Positions 50,150-61,254 of a stretch of 64,000 nucleotides of DNA are shown here, in pieces (position 1 is the first letter of the stretch; each line of letters starts with the position of its first letter). This stretch comes from Iphione sp. A-MEVVRFRX5 (lineage: Eukaryota). The position numbers were made by a program, and so were the translations under genes. The notes under the pieces were generated by a model that was not told where the DNA came from, did not search any database, and saw only the letters and a program-made list of their open reading frames with translations. The stretch lies in NCBI GenBank assembly GCA_976226885.1, contig OZ320315.1:38316001-38380000 (forward strand), written 5' to 3'.

Positions 50150-50720
50150 CGCTGCTGCGAAAAGTGGCGCCACCGTGCCTCTCAAGCAATAAGGGTTCAC
50201 CGCCAACTTCCGGCGCCCAGTCGGAAAGTTAATTTCCGTCGCCGTCGTGGCGTGTCGCGTCGCTGACCCACCGGAAGTCGAGGAGAGACGGTCAGTAAGA
50301 AGTCGGCGGATGCCCACCTGTGGTGGCGACCAGTCTGGGACGACAGGTGACGATCGGGCGGGCTTATTAGTCGACTGCACGCCCAATCGGGACACTGACA
50401 AGAACGATAACATCACAGCCGGCCGCCAGGTGCTCTCGGCTCAGGCAGCGCCGTCTATTATGGCGCTTGATGATGCATTAATGCCCGGGCATGTCACAAG
50501 GATATAAAGCACCGTGTATCTAAATGAGAACGTGGCCCAGATTCAAGAGAAAGAAAAACAACAACGTATCAGGCGCCAAGGAATGGAATTGGCGGCGTAT
50601 TTAAGACCGCCAGTCGAAAGAGGGAGAGAGGGAGAGAGAACAGAGCGTGGGCGCGACTTATGAGACCAATAACGACGGGTTCCAGTGAAAGCGGCACCTT
50701 TACCCGTGGAATGATCCCCT
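50150..50720. promoter_or_regulatory. CpG-rich putative promoter region
   Basis: Locally high CpG; CCGGAAGT (ETS-like, 50271-50278), CCAAT (50383-50387), TATAAAG (50503-50509); about 3.5 kb upstream of the GRL ATG. The target gene and direction are not established. Confidence 0.3.
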
Positions 50721-53700
50721 ATTGAGAAGTTGTTTTTCTCTAGGATCTACAGGAGAAGAATGCCATAACCTCCTGGCTAATTCTCCGGATGAATACACTG
50801 GTATTCACTACAAAGGTTTTCATTTTTTTCAACGAAGCGGCTTCCATCCATCAACCCCCTCCCCCACCTTTACAAAAACACTCACGATCTGTATTATGGA
50901 GACATTTTTAAAAGACTCTGCTTTATTTGGAGGATCATAGTACATTCGAGCCAGGTTGAAAGGAGTAGTTCCATTGAAACAGCACACATCGATTCGTTCT
51001 CGAGAATATCGAACACTGTCTAAAAACCCATTGTTCCCTGCCCTGCCTGTAGCTTTGTCTCACGTAAGCAAAATGGAGAAAGAAAGGCTTTTTGAGAAAA
51101 AAAACCCTTCAGCATTCAGTAGAAATCGTAAATGGGTCTTTAAAACATCATTTCCTTTTGTTTCATTAAATAGTCAATTATCATTGCCTACCTCTTTTTT
51201 CAGGTTAAATAAAACCACATACTCTGGATCCGGACCATGACGTGTGAATACTTCTCCTTCACTCCTTACACTATTAATAAACATTTTCATATGGAAGGAG
51301 ACCATTTGAATATCCAGAGTGTTGGCTCGAATACGTATGGCTGTAAGAGAGGGCACATGGGTCTATGGATAATGTAGACCGTGAATAGTCGACTCCTGTG
51401 TATACCAAGAATGTTTTCGATTACCGTTTAGATATGCATGTAGAAAACATTTGTTATAGCTCTCGATGTTATACATAATAGGTCGCATATTATGCGACCG
51501 ATAGCGCTTTTAGCTTAAAATTTTCAGTACGGGATGGAATGGAATCTCTTTATGAATCGCCGGTCTGTTTTTCCTTCTCAGCTTCACCAACAAGAACATC
51601 ACAGCACAGTTTCTTCGCAGACAAGAAAACTATCAGGAGGAGGTGGGATGATGCACTGTCCTCCATATGCTGTTCATCATGTTAAAATAAGTCCGAATAT
51701 GAACATATAAGGCTCAAAATTAGGAACCTTCACACGAGGCAGGAATTCAGGCCCTACAGGCCACGTAAAGACTTATACAGGCGAGACACATTCAGAATAA
51801 TCAATAACTGTACAAGGACAGTATTTGTATATAATATTGTTTTATACATATGCCTTTCTTATATGCCAGCAACGGAGGTCTACAACTGGGAAACCGTGGC
51901 CTTTCCGAACGCCCAGAACATCACATTGCGTGCTCTCCTTTCCCGCCAATTCTTCAGGGGATTCTCTCCTTAAAGTCAAGATGCATATCATTCCTGGCAC
52001 AAATAGAATGTGATGGCAGCCAAGATAAGAGGATGAAAGTTTATTGACCGGTGTACATACATAGTTGTACAGTAGATAGATGAGCCTCCAGACAAACCAA
52101 ATGATTAATACCAAAGCCATGCACGGCCTCCCAGGATTATATTTTCAAGCCTTCGCAGTGCTAGTCGTTCGTCCCGGTCTGAAGCAGAAAGGATGGAAAA
52201 AGAAGCCCATTCAGGATAATTACAAAAGCATAAACTTAGAGATTGCGAAAGAAAGGGCTGTAAAAGTTCCGTTTTATGAGAAGGAGACCGCGCCTGTATG
52301 ATGTACCGTCAACTTAAGACGCCGTGTCATTTATACAGGGCTTGATCCAGCCATTTAGTTCCATCCGAGCACAGGTGCTGACTGCCTCCTTCAATAGCTC
52401 ATGGGGATCGAGGTAAGTGGCTGCACTTGCCGGTTAGGACCCAACCTTATCGCCCTTTCAAAAAAATGCAGCAGGGCCTCATTAAGCTATTCCCATTAAA
52501 CATTTAGCAGGGGCAGATCTCAGAGCAATTACCCACAAATCCAGCGCGATGGGCCCCAAAACATTAAAGTACCATGCCACATCCGTAGATGGGGTAAAAA
52601 CCTGTTTTGAATGACTGATATGACAATCATGCATGCGATGTCAGTGTGTTTGTATCTGAATGACTAAAGCTGCTATTTGGATGGTGCCTTAAAGATTTGA
52701 AGCTAATGAAACAATCGTGTTGATTTATCTCCGATTTCTAACCGTAATCTTTGAGATGACAGTATGATAATTAGAAGACGATGGTTGGATATCCTCTTAT
52801 ATTGGTACTGTAAACCAACAGACGGTATCGGTTGCCTCCTGATGAATATATTTTAAAAAAAGGCAACAGAGGATCATCTAAAATCCTGATGTTTATTTAA
52901 TGAAACAATTTTGTTGGTTTAGTTTCTACTTTTAATTGCTAAATGTCGAAATTTACATAAAAAGTGGTAGTTGCTTGGCAGTGTTTGAATGATGCACATA
53001 GCTGTAAACCGTTGCAGGTGGTCTGTTTTTACTCACTAGGATTATCTGTGCACTAACTCCCTTATTCGGAGCATAAATCCCACTATATGTTACACCTTGC
53101 AAAGGCACAGACAATATGCAAAATTATGCTGTTTGAATCACAGAGTGGCCTAACTTTTACCAAGTCTGTAAAAATTTGTTGTATTCTCCAAACATTTCAT
53201 TTGCCTGTCTGTTTCTGATGGAAAACGGTAGTGGTTTGTATAAAATGGTATAGTTCAATACATCATTTTCATTCACAGATTTATTTGTTGCAGGAAACCT
53301 TAGATGTTATATACCATTTAAAATCCTATGAATTGATGCATAGTTTTCCCACACATTTGTCTGTCTTTTCCTTTGGTTACCATGGAAACAAGATGAAAAT
53401 GAACATAAAATATCTTTGACAGAATTTATCAAAATTTGCATAATTGATACAATATGCAGGAAATTACTAATAAATATTGTTGCTAGATGTTCAATTAAGA
53501 AAATGTTCACCAAGCTATTTGCAATATTTTGATAAACAATTTGTTTTTATATATAAATTTAGTCACTCTTAATAACAATTTGAGTTGATGTTTATTAACA
53601 TACAAACATGATGTCAATTATGCAATGAAAAAATAACAAGATGTTGTCAAGGTAAAAATATTTGTAACAAATACTTTATCTAATAAAATATCTCATTATT

Positions 53701-53989
53701 TGATAAGTTCAAGTAGTAGCTATAATTGTTCTTAAACTCAAAAAATGAAAAATTAAATATCCATAATGTAGATATGGTTTGTACCTGGTATATGATAGGA
53801 TATGATACTATCATTTGCATGTGTGCAAACCTCTTACAGATAAGTTATTGGATTGAAAATATTTCAGCATTTCTAAAATAATGACTAAAGAAATCTTTTG
53901 AAAAGTCATACAAAATTAACAAGCTGTTAGGCTATCATGATAGATTACAATGATTTTCCATAAAGTGCCATGCAGTTGTAGTGGTCATA

Positions 53990-54525
53990 CATGCTAAATT
54001 CTTGAATTGGCTAGCCCAAAATTATGAAGACATTCGGCCCCAGCAGAGACTTCAACTTTGATCTTGTGATGGATGGTGAATGACTTGAGCATGTAAAACA
54101 GAGCAAGCTTCTTGGATATGTCATTGACGATGGTCTATCATGGGTGCCCATGGTACAACAAATGTGAAAACAAGCCAGTTTAAAAGTGTACTTCCTGTCA
54201 ATTTAACTCTTGTTTGAAATGCATGGTGAGTGGGAAGATGCAGTCAACTCGTTTGAAAAGTGTAGCAGGTATTCCAGAGCTGACTGAGATAGGATTGCTG
54301 CAGGTAACCTGTCTATATCACCAGTTAGTAACTCTGGGCTTGATCCCCGTAAAATTGACAAAAAGTACAAGAAGGCTCTCAAAGTAGATGTACCGAAACC
54401 AAGATCGAAATTAAATGCAAAACTCATTCCACTACAGGGGATTGACCCTGTGGAACAATCTGACACTGTCCGAGAAAAGGCTATCCTCAGTGTACAGGTT
54501 AAGACAGATGTTGAAACGGTGAAAA
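53990..54525 (+). mobile_element. Decayed CR1/L2-type LINE 3' fragment
   Basis: LEHVKQSKLLGYVIDDGLSW..KQASLKVYFL (thumb region) and NSFHYRGLTLWNNL (C-terminal WN.L motif), with stops and frameshifts. Confidence 0.7.
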
Positions 54526-55977
54526 AAACCCAACAAAATCACCCTTGTAAATGCTATATTTCCCCTCGTGCACGTCCATTCTGTTTACTGGGAGACCTCG
54601 AGATGTATTTTTTTCCAGATGTGAATAAACAGTCTGACTTCTGACTTCTGAAAATTTAAGCACATGTGACATAACCCTCTTATTAGTTATGCATAATGCA
54701 GTTCTGTTTATTTTGATCCAGTTATCTGTTTTACACCTCTTAGGAATTGTATTTTCAATTTACCTAGGAAATTACGATTAATATACATGTATTACATCAT
54801 CTGCATCTGAAATGTCCATAGGCTTATCCACTAAACGTTGCAGATAAGTATAAGGTATGGGTACAGAAGCCAGAACAAACATGGATTTTAGCTTACATGG
54901 TGATGTCATTGTCAGCAAGGGGAGGAGTAGGATAATGTTTGTACTTTAGAGAATGCTATTACACTAATAATAGAAACTGCAGTATAGCAACGAGGATGCA
55001 AAGTCGATTTTAGCTGAAAAGCCTTCTCATCTCGTATATACTGTCTTAGTCTGTGTATTGCTACTTAAGAGGAACCTGCCTTTTGCTTGTAAAAGGTTAA
55101 ACAGAACTGAGATAATGTTACTAAAATGAAAGGATTAAGTAACATGAATATTGTTGGCCATCTACTTAAGAGGGAGATATCGGACCAATTAAAACTACAG
55201 CATAGGAATTTTATTATTATTAACTTCATTTCAGCTGGTAATATTACATACATGGTGGTGTATTTGTAACCGGCGTATCCAATTTCGTCATAACCACAAT
55301 ATTTATGTTCATTAGTATGTTAAAACTACAACATAAGAATGGAGCTTCGAATTTCACTTAACTAAAAGACGGTACAGTGAAATCTTGGATTGTGAACAGC
55401 CAACTATACTGAATATTATTTATTTCAGACACATTTGAGGCAGAGCAAAATGTTTTCCCCTTTTTGTTAAGTGTTTAAAGCAATCTGGGTCTTTCAAACA
55501 CTCGCATAAAGCAGATACTCACCTCTGGATAATACATTTTCAGTCAAAAACAAAGTATTTCAGAATCTATATTGGACAGATAAAGACATCTCAGCACGTT
55601 TCTAAGAAAGATGTGAAGAAAGGGCCACACACACCCTTTGAAATCTTAACCATCAGCCATTGTGTCACACAACATTGCAAGTAGCTCAGGAAAATCGGCA
55701 CAACAGACGAAAAAAACAAACAAACTGCACAACAGAGCAAGTGACTCATGAAAAATATGCGCAACATACCACAAGTCATTCTTACGCTTTCCAACCGAGG
55801 TTTTCACAGATTTTTCAAATCTTAACAAATATTGGCTAATCCAGACATCAAATTTCGTTAAGACCCTTATTTTTCTGGATTAGTGAAATTCCACTCTATA
55901 ATTCTTTTTTGAAGCATTAGCTCCATCTTGAATTTGTTCTTTATGGAGACTGTGGCCAATAGGTCACATATTGAATG

Positions 55978-56058
55978 GGGTGGGGAGCTCAGTTGATTAG
56001 AGTGCTGACTACCACTGGTCCACTAATTGAAAGATCACAGGTTCAATCCTGGGCCTGG
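55978..56058 (+). mobile_element. tRNA-derived SINE head / tRNA pseudogene
   Basis: A-box-like gagctcagttgattagag and B-box ggttcaatcc; the anticodon arm is disrupted by extra sequence and the acceptor stem does not close. Confidence 0.55.
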
Positions 56059-56396
56059 AACTCTTGATCATGACCAGCCAGATTTACTGTAGCCCTAACC
56101 TAAATTGGTTCAGAACTTGTAACAAAGGCCATAGGTGTATAGAGTTTTGTCTGTTATGCACAAAAATACCCCAGAAACTTACATAAATAAGAGTAGGGGC
56201 AAGCCCAGGTATTCTAGTCTCTCAGTTATCAATAATAGATGGTAATATACTACCCCAGGAGGATATGAAAGAACAGCTAAAATGATAGCTAAATATCTAG
56301 TTTCTGGTTACAGATACAAAGAAAATGAAATGAAATTAATGGCTATGGATGAGTGCATACTGTGTATACACTCACCACTCTTGTTAGAGTTCTGTT

Positions 56397-57140
56397 GTTC
56401 TGGCCGGGAATCAAACCCAGATTGACTTTTCCTACATACAGGATAACCCCTGATTACGGACGCCCGGGCACAGCGGACGCCTCTCACAACGGACGCCCTG
56501 GCATCAGTCCCAAGCAAATTCCTTCTTTATCATGTTATTTGGAGCCCGGGCACAGCGGACACTCAGAGACAACGGACACCCCTCCTTCGGACACCCTCCA
56601 GACAGTCCCAAACATTAATTTTGGAGGGTCTACAGCAGACGCCCACCCTGGAGAACCTCCGCGACACCCTGGAGGAGCTCCCTTTGATGGGCGTCTCACC
56701 TTCGCGAGAGGCAGTAACCTGCGCGACACCCTGGAGGAGCTCCCTTTGATGGGCGTCTCACCTCCGGGAGAGGCAATAACCTGCGCGACACCCTGGAGGA
56801 ACCCCCTTTGATGGGCGTCTCCATTAAACTCCATAAACTCCACTCTACCACCTACAACATTTCCTCTACCACAGTATATATTCCCTCTACAACTGTTGAC
56901 CTCCAATCTACCACCTTGAAAATACCCTCTGCAACAGCACACATTCCCTCTACAACTGTTAACCTCCAATCTACCACCTTGAGGATACCCCTCTGCAACA
57001 GCCCAGGGACAGCGGACACCCCCTACAACGGACGCCCTGGCGTCAGTCCCGTCGATGTCCGCTGTAGAGGGGTTTTACTGTACATGTATATATTTAGCCA
57101 TTTTGGCAGCCGGCGCTCTTATCCAGTGTGCCACGGAGAT
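56397..57140 (-). mobile_element. tRNA-derived SINE head split by the 56439-57080 MITE
   Basis: Minus-strand A-box-like TGGCACACTGGATAAG (57133-57118) and B-box GGGTTTGATTCCC (56418-56406) lie on opposite sides of the MITE. Confidence 0.5.
56439..57080. mobile_element. pogo/Tigger-like MITE with internal tandem repeats
   Basis: TA-CAGGATAACCCCTGATTACGGAC ... GTCCGCTGTAGAGGGGTTTTACTG-TA; internal 62-bp unit x3 (56661, 56723, 56785) and 63-bp unit x2 (56885, 56948); recurring cggacgcc/cggacac motifs. Confidence 0.75.
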
Positions 57141-57924
57141 TAGACAATGGTTGAAGGGTTGTGTTTTGCATTTATAAATCTATTTGAAGGTGTTAAAGTA
57201 AAAAATTGGGCTATTGTTATGCATTTCAAATTGCATTTTCCTTGTTTAATGTATTAAAGGATCTTAACCCCTATCTTGTAAATATATCGCATCGAATTAT
57301 CAACTAGAGAACTAACTGAAAAGAATCAATTCAACCAAAGTAAGTGCGTGAAACTTTGGATTTTTAATGACTGTAAAGAGTTAACAAAGGATATCAACTC
57401 AGTCATGTATCCGATACAAAAGCTTAAAAGGGTTATTTTGATACCATTAGCTATTCTTCCACATTTGTTTTTATCGTCTTTATTTTCCCTGATACTGGTA
57501 TACATAGAAGTACATATTCTCAGGTCCATGTCGTGTTTACATCTTCTTATCTTTATACAAATATATATACAGTGGGTGGATAATATACAGATGGATGAGT
57601 GAATAAAGTGGTATGAAGAAAAGGGCTATAGTATGCTTGTATTAACTTTACTGTTTGATAGACGTGCTATAACTGCATATTTTTCCAGATTTGTAGTGTT
57701 ATATACGCAGGGTTATCATTGGGACAAACTATCACTATATCCACTAACAGCACCTCCAGACTGAGCCCAGGATAGTGCAATATGCTGTTACCCCTTGCTT
57801 AGACTCAGCCTCAGAGTATGTAATTGAGGAAGTAGAGTTTCTCATACAGACAAAGCCCAGTATGAGAGCATATATTGGAATCCTTACATTCACTATAGCT
57901 TATTCCATGTCATATGTTTGTAAC

Positions 57925-58290
57925 TATTTAATAATGCTTTTCTTTTAAGAGTTGTTATGTAACTTGGTATGGAATTCCATAATTGACCCCCGGCATAGGA
58001 GACACCTCATTTAAAGCCCTCATATTTTGGCCTTGTTATACGGAAGAGGGGCTTCATATCATTCCTTGTACGAGTTGCTTGACCAAGCATGGTTTCCCCT
58101 GAAATATGTTGATGGTGCATTAATCTGAGTAGGTTTAGGTTGCGCCTTACTCCTAGAGTGGGTAGCCTGCATCTGTTTCTGGCTGTCGCGGATAGTATTT
58201 GAGGCACCCATACAGTCCTTAGGGTTTTATTATAGAGTTTGGACATCCTTTGGAAGTTGTGAACCATTGTTCAGCATAGGCGTTTCTTGT
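57925..58290 (-). mobile_element. Decayed CR1/L2-type LINE 3' fragment
   Basis: SKLYNKTLRT..RLPTLGVRR..TRTR..FK*GVSYAGV / LWNSIPS matches the LINE ORF2 C-terminal pattern. Confidence 0.65.
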
Positions 58291-60057
58291 TTCATTATAT
58301 TTATGTGCGCTGAACAATTATGAACCATGGAGGTCGGTGCAGACAGGAGTACATGTATATTATGGAGCTAATCATTTAAGCATATATTATAAAACTCAAA
58401 TTCATGGTAGCGGGACGCCTAAGTGGTTTAGGGAAAGTCACATTGGGGGAGGTTAAACCAAAGCTGAAGGTCGGATCTAACATAAAGATACTGGTAACAG
58501 GATATGATGGATACCAAGTCACGTGAACAGGAACAAGCACCACACCCACCGTAGTTGTGTTCAGCTATAGACTAAAGAAAAGAAGTTTGGCCACGAAAAT
58601 AAAAATGCAAAATCCATCCTCGCTTTGTAGTATAGCATTGACAGATGAAGGATGTCACGAGACAGCCCTTTACGGGTCAAATCGCAGAATTTACTCGCTG
58701 CTGAGACTTTAGGCAATGAGAGACAGTGTTTTTTTTTCGCCATTCTCCGTTCATACCATCACAATGGCATTACAATGGCAACGTCGAAGCCTTCGAGGAA
58801 AGTGCCCACGCCTACAAATAGCGGAGCATCTGTTGCACAGTGGTGCTACGCTTTGCGATATTTCCCCCAACATTAGCACTGCTTCCGCCGTTCTGAATTA
58901 TGACAAGAGTACTAAAAGGGTTCGGCCCAGCACTACAGCCTACCAGCACGTCGTAATAGTAGTATAGAGAAAGCGACCATAGGATCAGGTTGTTCCGAAA
59001 GGAGATCAGAACCGAAATAAGGCTGAGAGGCGGGCAGGCCGCGATAACGTACGCGTTTCAGAATACAGCCGCGTGCGTCTTAGTGGCATGCTCGCTTGCA
59101 CTTATAGCCACATCTTTTTGATGTACGGGCCGAGTATTATCTTTAGATCCAAGAGGATAACACAGCGTGAAGCTAACAGTTCAGGGCTTACCAACGTCAG
59201 GCAAGCCGCAATATCTCCAAGACAAGTAGGCGCGCCTCCTATGACAGGGCCTGCCTTATGGCATGCATGGCAATTTCAACGTGATGCTGTATTGTCTCTT
59301 GGAGAGAGAAAAAAAAGTTCCATGTTAAGGAGATCGAAGTCCCGACATTCCTGACCGAGTCAATTGGCTCTCTTCTTTGCACATTTACATAATGAGAGGA
59401 AGTGTGACCGCAAGACGATGCAATGAAATTACTCGCGAAGGTCCCTCCATGGGGAGATGGAGGGATCAGCCTCCGTGATAAACGACTGGGCTGATGGTTA
59501 GTGGCAGGCTGAAGCTTGGCTCCATTCCGTGAATGGGATACCTATGGAATGGACGTCTCCCTCTGTTCATGTCCGGGGAAGTAGCGAGGGCTTAGTATAG
59601 AGTTTGAAGAGATAAAAGGGCTGTACAATGGCTGAAAGAATCCCCCCCCAACCTTCCCCTGGAAGACGTATATATACATTCTCTTTCCCACGCCCCACCC
59701 CTATCAGTCGCAGAAAAGGGATGGAAGCTGAGCGGGTGGCAGCTTCCGGTTGTCGTGAGAGTCCCCTGGTGGCACTAGAGCCAACCAGCAAAGCCCCCGC
59801 CATGTATCATCCCAGCAAGACGAGGAGCAACAGCGCGGGGGAGAGCGGAAGTCGTTCAAAGCATGCCGCGGTCGTAAAAGCAGGGCATGACAATAGATCG
59901 CGCAAGGAAGGACCCGTCGTGGTAACCTTAGCCGGCGGCGAGAGCGGCTCGCGAAACAGTGGACAGTGGCCGCCATGAGCAGCTCAGCTGTATACAGTGG
60001 GAAAAAACCATTGCTGGCTTGGAAACCTAGGCCGTGGGGATGGGACTGGGCGATGCA

Positions 60058-60112
60058 GGACGGGGGCAGGGCGGGGGCAGGGGCGGGGGCGGAGGCGGGG
60101 GCGGGGGCGGGA
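60058..60112. repeat. (GGGGGC)-type G-rich repeat
   Basis: gggggcagggcgggggcaggggcgggggcggaggcgggggcgggggcggg seen directly. Confidence 0.9.
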
Positions 60113-61254
60113 TCCAGTCCAATCACGCCGCATACTTTCTTGTACGCCTCCGCATTCATACGCTGCAACCAACACTGGTCCTGTCTGCCCGGGGCAATGA
60201 ATGCGCGTGGGGACCGTGTACAGCCACACAGACTTATTATATTACTGTCGCATTTCTCAATGGCCGACCAACGCCTCGTTTCTATTAGACGATGCTTATT
60301 CAAAGCTTTATCGTCTTGACGTATGTTTTCTGGCCCCGCCGCTCTTCAGTCTGTATCATAGCCGCGGGGGGGGGATGTACTTGTGTTACTCTGTAGTCGG
60401 TGGATGAGAGACGGGCAATTAAACCCGATAAAGCAAAAGGAATTGATTTACTACTTGGCTGAGCCGCGAACCAAAGAGTCTACCCCTCCCCCCCCCACCT
60501 TTAACATGGCTGTCGTGTTCTCGATAATCACAGGCCCCAGCTGCCCAGCCAGCTTCTTCGTTGACGGTATCCATGGCTCCCATAATGAACCCCGCAGTCA
60601 AGCCTTAAAGCATGCAAGGTAGACCTTTAATGCCGAGCACCCGTGTTCACGGTCAGGGTTAGTGGATATGGGGTCCGAGATGGCACAGCTGGGGGGGTTG
60701 TGGTGGCGGTGGGTGGTGGGGCCGCGAGCCTAATATGGGTGATGAATAAAGGAGGCTCTTCATAATAGGTGCGGCCGCTAAGGCGAATGAACGGTGCTTG
60801 GTATTGTAGAGACCCCCACGGCGGAGCCGGCAGACACTGGGCAGCAGACCCCTGTAGGCCGATCTTGCCTGATAGTGACCCTTAGATCGGTCATCGGAGG
60901 GCCCGATCTCCCGCGACGCCGATGATATTTCACACTTTGCTGATTCCGCGTGCGCCCTCGAAATGAAATAGGCGACGGTGCGGTGCTCACCGCCATTCTA
61001 GATGCTGTGATCTCCGACCCCGCCTGACCATTCAGTCTGCGTCTCGCCGCCAACAGCTCCCTTAGTGTTTTTCTTTAACCTACCTTTTTTTTCTCTCCAG
61101 TCCTGGCTCTTCCTTATCTCATTTTCTTATAACCCTTTCGTATAATCGCGACGGGTAGGCGAGACTCGCCACATCTCTATGGAATAAATAGCAAACGAGC
61201 GCCAGCTGTATGCTTGCCTGTAGCCTGGAACAATGATATCCCCTCTATGGATTT

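Noticed and set aside
55978-56058. Functional tRNA gene
   Set aside because: The anticodon arm is disrupted and the acceptor stem does not pair; better explained as a SINE head or pseudogene.
56353-57143. ORFs of 152, 144 and 111 aa
   Set aside because: Produced by GC-rich tandem repeats inside a MITE; no protein-like features.
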